DNA of 64,000 nucleotides from an uncultured virus (IMG/VR IMGVR_UViG_3300017761_002881) (lineage: Duplodnaviria > Heunggongvirae > Uroviricota > Caudoviricetes). The first letter of the stretch is position 1. Every line of letters begins with the position of its first letter. Shown piece by piece: positions 59,410-64,000 of the stretch. The notes under the pieces were generated by a model, which had not been told where the DNA came from, made no database searches, and worked only from the letters and a program-made list of their open reading frames with translations. The stretch is from the IMG/VR virus record IMGVR_UViG_3300017761_002881; one strand, given 5' to 3'. The translations under genes were made by a program, and so were the position numbers.

Positions 59410-59413
59410 ACCT

Positions 59414-59445
59414 TAATTATAATAACATTTTTATTAAAAGTCAAA
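59414..59445 (-). promoter_or_regulatory. Host-type promoter for clpP
   Basis: TTTG-N20-TATAATTA; also reads as TTGACT-N17-TATAAT. Confidence 0.6.
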
Positions 59446-59446
59446 A

Positions 59447-59962
59447 CTATTTTATCTTTTTAAGCTGACGTTCCAATTTACGTAGTTGCGTCTTATTACT
59501 ATTGATATCTTTCTTTAAAGTAGCTTTAGAAATATTACCACGCAGGAAAACTACTTGTTGCAATAACTGATCTCTAAGTTCTTGTTTTTCTTGTTTCGTT
59601 AAACGTTTCTTAGATGACTCAGTATCAATCTGAGTAGGCGGTAATGTACCTTTCAATTTAGGTTGTTCTTCGCCTTTATGAAATACATTACCTTGTTCAT
59701 CTACATATTCTTTCATGAACTGCCACCCTCGAGGTTTACCGGAAGATTTATATCCAGCCCCGACTTGAGGATCGCCAGCTAGCTGTGAGCTACATTTATG
59801 GCATAATACAGATGTTGTATTATGTCCGACCTTAGACCAAATATCACATAATTTACCTTGCCAATATTTACCGTCAGGTTCACTGTTACGACAAATCATG
59901 TAACGCTTGTTGTCAATAATTTTAGATGCAAATTTTTGCACCTCAGTTTGTTTTTTACTCAT
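59447..59962 (-). CDS. Hypothetical protein with Cys motif
   Basis: C..C..CHKC, KPRGWQFMKEYVDEQGNVFHKG, basic C-terminal coil. Confidence 0.65.
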   Translation of the reverse strand: MSKKQTEVQKFASKIIDNKRYMICRNSEPDGKYWQGKLCDIWSKVGHNTTSVLCHKCSSQLAGDPQVGAGYKSSGKPRGWQFMKEYVDEQGNVFHKGEEQPKLKGTLPPTQIDTESSKKRLTKQEKQELRDQLLQQVVFLRGNISKATLKKDINSNKTQLRKLERQLKKIK

Positions 59963-59979
59963 AAAATTTAATTAAAAGG

Positions 59980-61050
59980 TTATGTCCAATACGCTCTTGT
60001 ACGACGAGATCGTACCGGTTCTTGATAAATGTCTTGTTTAGTTTCTACTGGAGATTGCATTGAACCTGTAGGTTCGTTAGAAGCAGTTACTTCCATTTCT
60101 ATTGGAGCAATAACTTCTATTATAGGGGTAACTATAGATGATGTTTCCGGATAATCATACCATTGATGAGATGTATCTTCATAGTCATCTATCTCTTCTT
60201 CAGGTTGCTCCGTTACAGGTTGCTCCGTTATCACAGGCACTGCTGTTTTAGGCTTTAATTTATCAAAAGCTTGATTAGCCACAACTACTAGTGTTATGGC
60301 TAACGGATCAAAAACGAAGATGATAAGTAACAAATACCAATTAATAACTCTATCCATAGATACACCTACTAACTTGGAAAGATACATTAATGGCCCTAAT
60401 TCTGATACAGACGAATCTGAATTACGTATATTAATAATATTGATATCTGCAGTAGATATAGAATCAGATAAAGATTGTATTTTAGAATCTAATATGTCAC
60501 GATCTGCAATTGCAGAATTAACTTCGTTTTGAAGTAGAGTACGTGAAGCTGTAGATGTATTTGTTACAACTTGACCCGTTTTACGGTCGATATACTGGCT
60601 CTGACCTGGGTTTGAAATAGCTAATCTAAGTTGCGTAATTGAGTTCGTTAATTGTTCTTTTTCAGCCACATATTCATCCTTTCTAGTCTGAAAATTGGTC
60701 TTTTTAGATTCTAACAACCCAATCTGCCGTTCAACTACTTGTGTAGATGCAAACGTCTCTTGATATGCCCCGGTTAAGAACCCGTATATACCAGCACTAG
60801 TAATAGTCATTAATACCAATATAGCTATTGTTAAATAGGTACGTAAAATTTTATTGATACTATCCCAGTACTGATATAACGCGGATGCGATTACTAATTT
60901 AGCAAACTCTAAACTACCTGCCATGATCATAACCTGTGTACTAGCGCCGGCAAATAGTTTACCTAGTCCATAAACAGAATAAAATGCTGCAGAACAAGAT
61001 ACTGATAAAGCAGCTAATGCGATTATGATTGGAAATAGTTTAGCTTTCAT
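59980..61050 (-). CDS. Multi-pass membrane protein with a long coiled coil
   Basis: Three N-terminal TM segments, coiled coil, IIFVFDPLAI TM segment. Confidence 0.75.
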   Translation of the reverse strand: MKAKLFPIIIALAALSVSCSAAFYSVYGLGKLFAGASTQVMIMAGSLEFAKLVIASALYQYWDSINKILRTYLTIAILVLMTITSAGIYGFLTGAYQETFASTQVVERQIGLLESKKTNFQTRKDEYVAEKEQLTNSITQLRLAISNPGQSQYIDRKTGQVVTNTSTASRTLLQNEVNSAIADRDILDSKIQSLSDSISTADINIINIRNSDSSVSELGPLMYLSKLVGVSMDRVINWYLLLIIFVFDPLAITLVVVANQAFDKLKPKTAVPVITEQPVTEQPEEEIDDYEDTSHQWYDYPETSSIVTPIIEVIAPIEMEVTASNEPTGSMQSPVETKQDIYQEPVRSRRTRAYWT

Positions 61051-61051
61051 G

Positions 61052-61222
61052 TTAACTAATGGAAATACGGTCTATTGCAAATTTAATACGGTTGTGTATT
61101 TCAGAAAGACGGCGAACCGCTTCTGTAGTATCAACAGCTTTTTTATTGGCTAATTCGGCTAGAATCCTAACCATATCATCAGCTTCATCTAATTTGCGTA
61201 ACACGTTGTCTTTGTCTCTCAT
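61052..61222 (-). CDS. Unannotated 56-aa helical protein
   Basis: Manual translation MRDKDNVLRKLDEADDMVRILAELANKKAVDTTEAVRRLSEIHNRIKFAIDRISIS; AGGAGG SD and late motif upstream. Confidence 0.75.
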   Translation of the reverse strand: MRDKDNVLRKLDEADDMVRILAELANKKAVDTTEAVRRLSEIHNRIKFAIDRISIS

Positions 61223-62268
61223 ACTAAAACCTCCTGTTGTTTATATGCATAAATATTACGGAACTGTAAAAGGGCTAATTCTTTAGCCTTAGCCTCGATC
61301 ATAATATCTAAAGGCAATCCGTATGTCTCAATAGGCCCTTGAATATAATCAGAGTGGGCCGTCTCTTTGATCTTATCAAACTCTCGCTTGATACCTGCCA
61401 ATGTTGGCCATGTATGTAAATCTTCAATTAAGATATTGTTAGCCTTACACGTGTCCTGAATAAGTCGCAAATGTTCTTGTCGTCGGGACTCCGACCAATG
61501 CGTAGCTTGTCGAATATGTGACGGCCATGTCTCGCGAGCTAACATCAATGCTTCATACTCGGTAAGTCCGTCGGGATGAAACTTATGATGATAGTAATCA
61601 AATGTAATAGGAATGCCGTTATTGCGATGAATAAAGTTATACAACATGTTAACACTAAACATACTAGCCTTGTCATCATTCTCGATAACTAATCGGGACT
61701 TGCAACTGTCAGATAATCTATCCCAATTATGTAACCATGTCATCGCAGCACGCTCAGGATTGCCATAGGCGCCGCCGATATGAATATTGATCTTATTCTC
61801 GTAAGAAGGAGTAAAGCCCATCATATCAAACATTTCGGAATGACGCTCTAAACCAATAAGTGACTTCTTAACTACAGCCTCATGAGGTGAGCTAAGAATA
61901 TGAAACGGGCCGGGATGGGTAGATAAACGATGGCCATGCAGCTTTGCATAATCACCACATTCTCGTAACATAGCAGCGATAGCATCGTAATTAGGTAGGT
62001 CGGTAAGTTCGTAATGATCATGCCATGGAATAAGCTCTGAACCGATTCGAAACAACCGTATGTCATTCTCTTCGTTCCATTTCAAGTAATGCAATAGATC
62101 GGTAGCATTGGCTAATGCTAAATCACCTAACTTGCGCAAGTCCCATGTATGGTACCAAGAATCTCTACGTACACCTCGCGAGGTTGTAACACGGCCACCT
62201 AACTTTTTTGGACGGTTTGTCAATGTCATGTTGACACAGGCATAACCTAATCTTACATTTTCATTCAT
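61219..62268 (-). CDS. uvsE: UV damage endonuclease UvsE
   Basis: RLGYACVN, LFRIGSELIPW, RLSTHPG, INIHIGG, LVIENDDK, FDYYHH, HSDY, DIMIEAKAKE. Confidence 0.93.
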   Translation of the reverse strand: MNENVRLGYACVNMTLTNRPKKLGGRVTTSRGVRRDSWYHTWDLRKLGDLALANATDLLHYLKWNEENDIRLFRIGSELIPWHDHYELTDLPNYDAIAAMLRECGDYAKLHGHRLSTHPGPFHILSSPHEAVVKKSLIGLERHSEMFDMMGFTPSYENKINIHIGGAYGNPERAAMTWLHNWDRLSDSCKSRLVIENDDKASMFSVNMLYNFIHRNNGIPITFDYYHHKFHPDGLTEYEALMLARETWPSHIRQATHWSESRRQEHLRLIQDTCKANNILIEDLHTWPTLAGIKREFDKIKETAHSDYIQGPIETYGLPLDIMIEAKAKELALLQFRNIYAYKQQEVLV

Positions 62269-62287
62269 AACTTATTTTTTATTTTTA

Positions 62288-62319
62288 ATAAGATAAGTAA
62301 AAACCCGTACGGATCCAAA
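62288..62319 (-). promoter_or_regulatory. Host-type promoter for uvsE
   Basis: TTTG-N20-TATCTTAT. Confidence 0.55.
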
Positions 62320-62420
62320 TTTATTTTTAAAAAAATGAACTTGGTCCTGTTACGGGTCTTATGATATTCATAGAAAAAGATCTATTGTATATCGTTCTTA
62401 TTTAGAACATATCGGGCTAT

Positions 62421-62837
62421 TTAGTTCTCGCACATCGGCTGTTCTTCGCCTACCATTTCATATGCTATAAAATACTTAGGCATAACGGCTCGTGGCGATT
62501 TACGTACATCAGGTCGTCGGTGTAGTATATAACCAGTATACCACATATGTTTAACAAAACTACGTATTAGACGTAAATTTTCAGATGAAAATACTATTAT
62601 ACGATCTATAGTCATAATAGTTAACATGTAAGGGCCTACACGTAATTCTTGCATAGACATTAGTACACGTCTACCGGAGCCATCATGTTCATTCTCTAAT
62701 TTAGAGATCTGCTTATCAACAGATTTTTCTGTACCTATATGCATAGCATCCCACAGGAATTCAATCTTCTCTGTGGGATTCAATGCAACAAATACATCGA
62801 AATCATTTTCTTGTATTACGAGGTCTTTTAGTATCAT
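62421..62837 (-). CDS. Hypothetical protein
   Basis: 138-aa ORF with the late motif upstream. Confidence 0.6.
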   Translation of the reverse strand: MILKDLVIQENDFDVFVALNPTEKIEFLWDAMHIGTEKSVDKQISKLENEHDGSGRRVLMSMQELRVGPYMLTIMTIDRIIVFSSENLRLIRSFVKHMWYTGYILHRRPDVRKSPRAVMPKYFIAYEMVGEEQPMCEN

Positions 62838-62879
62838 AATTGGTTGAAAATGATTAATACATTTTATATAAATATCTGC

Positions 62880-63152
62880 TTAGTCCAGACGTCCCATCAT
62901 GCCTAAACGATATCGTTTCATAACTGTTTCTCGTGCCTCGCGGCATGTCTGCTCCATCAATTCTAATTCTTCCATAGTCATTGGAAAACGTGAATTTCCA
63001 ATAATAAACTCCCCAACGTTAGTACTATAAGAATTGTGCTTGAAAACTTGCGCAGAGACTTTGTCATTACACTCAAAGTCAATTGAGCCGTAAAAACGTC
63101 CATACTTGCGTGTCTTGTTTTGGTCCACTGCGAACCTGCTGTTAATGCTCAT
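62880..63152 (-). CDS. Hypothetical protein (likely start MSINSRF)
   Basis: Downstream ATG removes the overlap with the methyltransferase gene. Confidence 0.6.
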   Translation of the reverse strand: MSINSRFAVDQNKTRKYGRFYGSIDFECNDKVSAQVFKHNSYSTNVGEFIIGNSRFPMTMEELELMEQTCREARETVMKRYRLGMMGRLD

Positions 63153-63163
63153 ACAATCTGATT

Positions 63164-63904
63164 TTATTTGTAAATAATTAATGTAAACATTTCGGTAGAA
63201 TAGGAATGATCTATAGCTACTCCACCAAATTCTTTTTGTGCCCAATTTATAACGTCACCTGGATTATAGTTGGTTAATCCATCTTCGATGCCCGGTACAT
63301 CTGAAGCTAACATAACGGCTACACCTGAAGTAGCACATTCATACATAGCTTTGATAGAAGCTTTGAAATACTCCCAATTATCTTTAGTAAGGTCTCTATC
63401 GTATCGTAAATTCAATGAATTTACATTGATACACCATTCTTTTTTAAGATCTTTAGGCATATTCAACCAATCCGCAACTCTAATATCGATATCCGGATAT
63501 AGTTCTTTACCGGCATTTATTAATACTTCGTTAATATCAATACCAGTATAGTCAATCTGATCAGGCTCAATTTCCATGCGTTGCGCATAGAATACTTTGA
63601 AATCTCCGCGGCCACAACCAAAGTCTAATACAGATGATAATCCAATAGTATTGGCAATAACGCCGTAACTAGTAAATTGTCGTTCTCGATTATCGTATCC
63701 TACAACTTCACTAGAATGCATTATGTAACCCTCATCTGGATCGGGTGGCATGTATTCTAATTCTATACTCTCCGATTCAGTCTCTGTCGGAGAAAATGAC
63801 TCACTTTTAATAAGCTCGTCTAAAATAGTTAATTCTACATCTACTTCCGGCTCTGTTGTAACTTCAGGCTGCGATGATAAAAACTGTTTAATTTTTCTTA
63901 GCAT
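63164..63904 (-). CDS. Class I SAM-dependent methyltransferase
   Basis: VLDFGCGRG motif I; YTGIDIN motif II. Confidence 0.85.
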   Translation of the reverse strand: MLRKIKQFLSSQPEVTTEPEVDVELTILDELIKSESFSPTETESESIELEYMPPDPDEGYIMHSSEVVGYDNRERQFTSYGVIANTIGLSSVLDFGCGRGDFKVFYAQRMEIEPDQIDYTGIDINEVLINAGKELYPDIDIRVADWLNMPKDLKKEWCINVNSLNLRYDRDLTKDNWEYFKASIKAMYECATSGVAVMLASDVPGIEDGLTNYNPGDVINWAQKEFGGVAIDHSYSTEMFTLIIYK

Positions 63905-64000
63905 TCTTTTTTCGTTTTTGTATTCGACTTAGTTTAGATTCGATATCAAGTAAACTCATTCGTTCTGGATGAGTCCTATTAAAGTTTTGAGTAGTCTTAC
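63888..64000 (-). CDS. 3' end of an ORF entering from beyond the window
   Basis: Open frame ...KTTQNFNRTHPERMSLLDIESKLSRIQKRKKNAKKN* overlapping the methyltransferase start. Confidence 0.6.
   Translation of the reverse strand, partial: KTTQNFNRTHPERMSLLDIESKLSRIQKRKKNAKKN

Noticed and set aside
61059..61286. 75-aa plus-strand ORF
   Set aside because: The opposite strand holds a 56-aa ORF with an AGGAGG SD and late motif, in the operon direction.
439..63932. All plus-strand ORFs in the supplied track
   Set aside because: Short antisense shadows of well-supported minus-strand genes (e.g. Pro-rich shadows of Gly-rich genes), with no RBS or recognisable domains.
1..64000. Stop-codon reassignment
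   Set aside because: Core genes are full length in code 11, and TAG and TGA both terminate genes (primase ends TAG; phoH ends TGA).
1..64000. tRNA genes, introns or inteins in terL, MCP or portal
   Set aside because: No cloverleaf or T-loop consensus seen in the short gaps; the core ORFs are continuous and of normal size.

Overview
A 64-kb AT-rich segment of a large T4-like (contractile-tailed) bacteriophage. Every credible gene lies on the minus strand. It contains head genes (portal, large terminase, prohead protease, scaffold, major capsid protein, several probable internal head proteins), neck and tail-terminator genes, two tandem tail-sheath paralogs, baseplate and fibre genes, and a lysis cassette. 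It also encodes primase, an Mre11-Rad50 fusion, a T7-type resolvase, a gp55-like sigma factor, ClpP, an HD hydrolase, UvsE, PhoH and ribosomal protein bS21. Four TTG-N20-TAnnTT-like promoters and the bS21 sequence point to a Bacteroidota host (inference). The most notable pattern is regulatory. Virion genes mostly carry Shine-Dalgarno motifs and an ATATTTAT late-promoter motif, while genes behind host-type promoters, including bS21, lack an SD, suggesting a bS21-linked translational switch. Other highlights: a duplicated four-gene fibre-tip cassette including two unannotated mini-genes, an [S/T]-G-S motif concentrated in surface virion proteins, a possibly packaged nucleotidyltransferase-ligase fusion, and structured 5' leaders. 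All functional calls come from motif recognition by eye; no searches were run.
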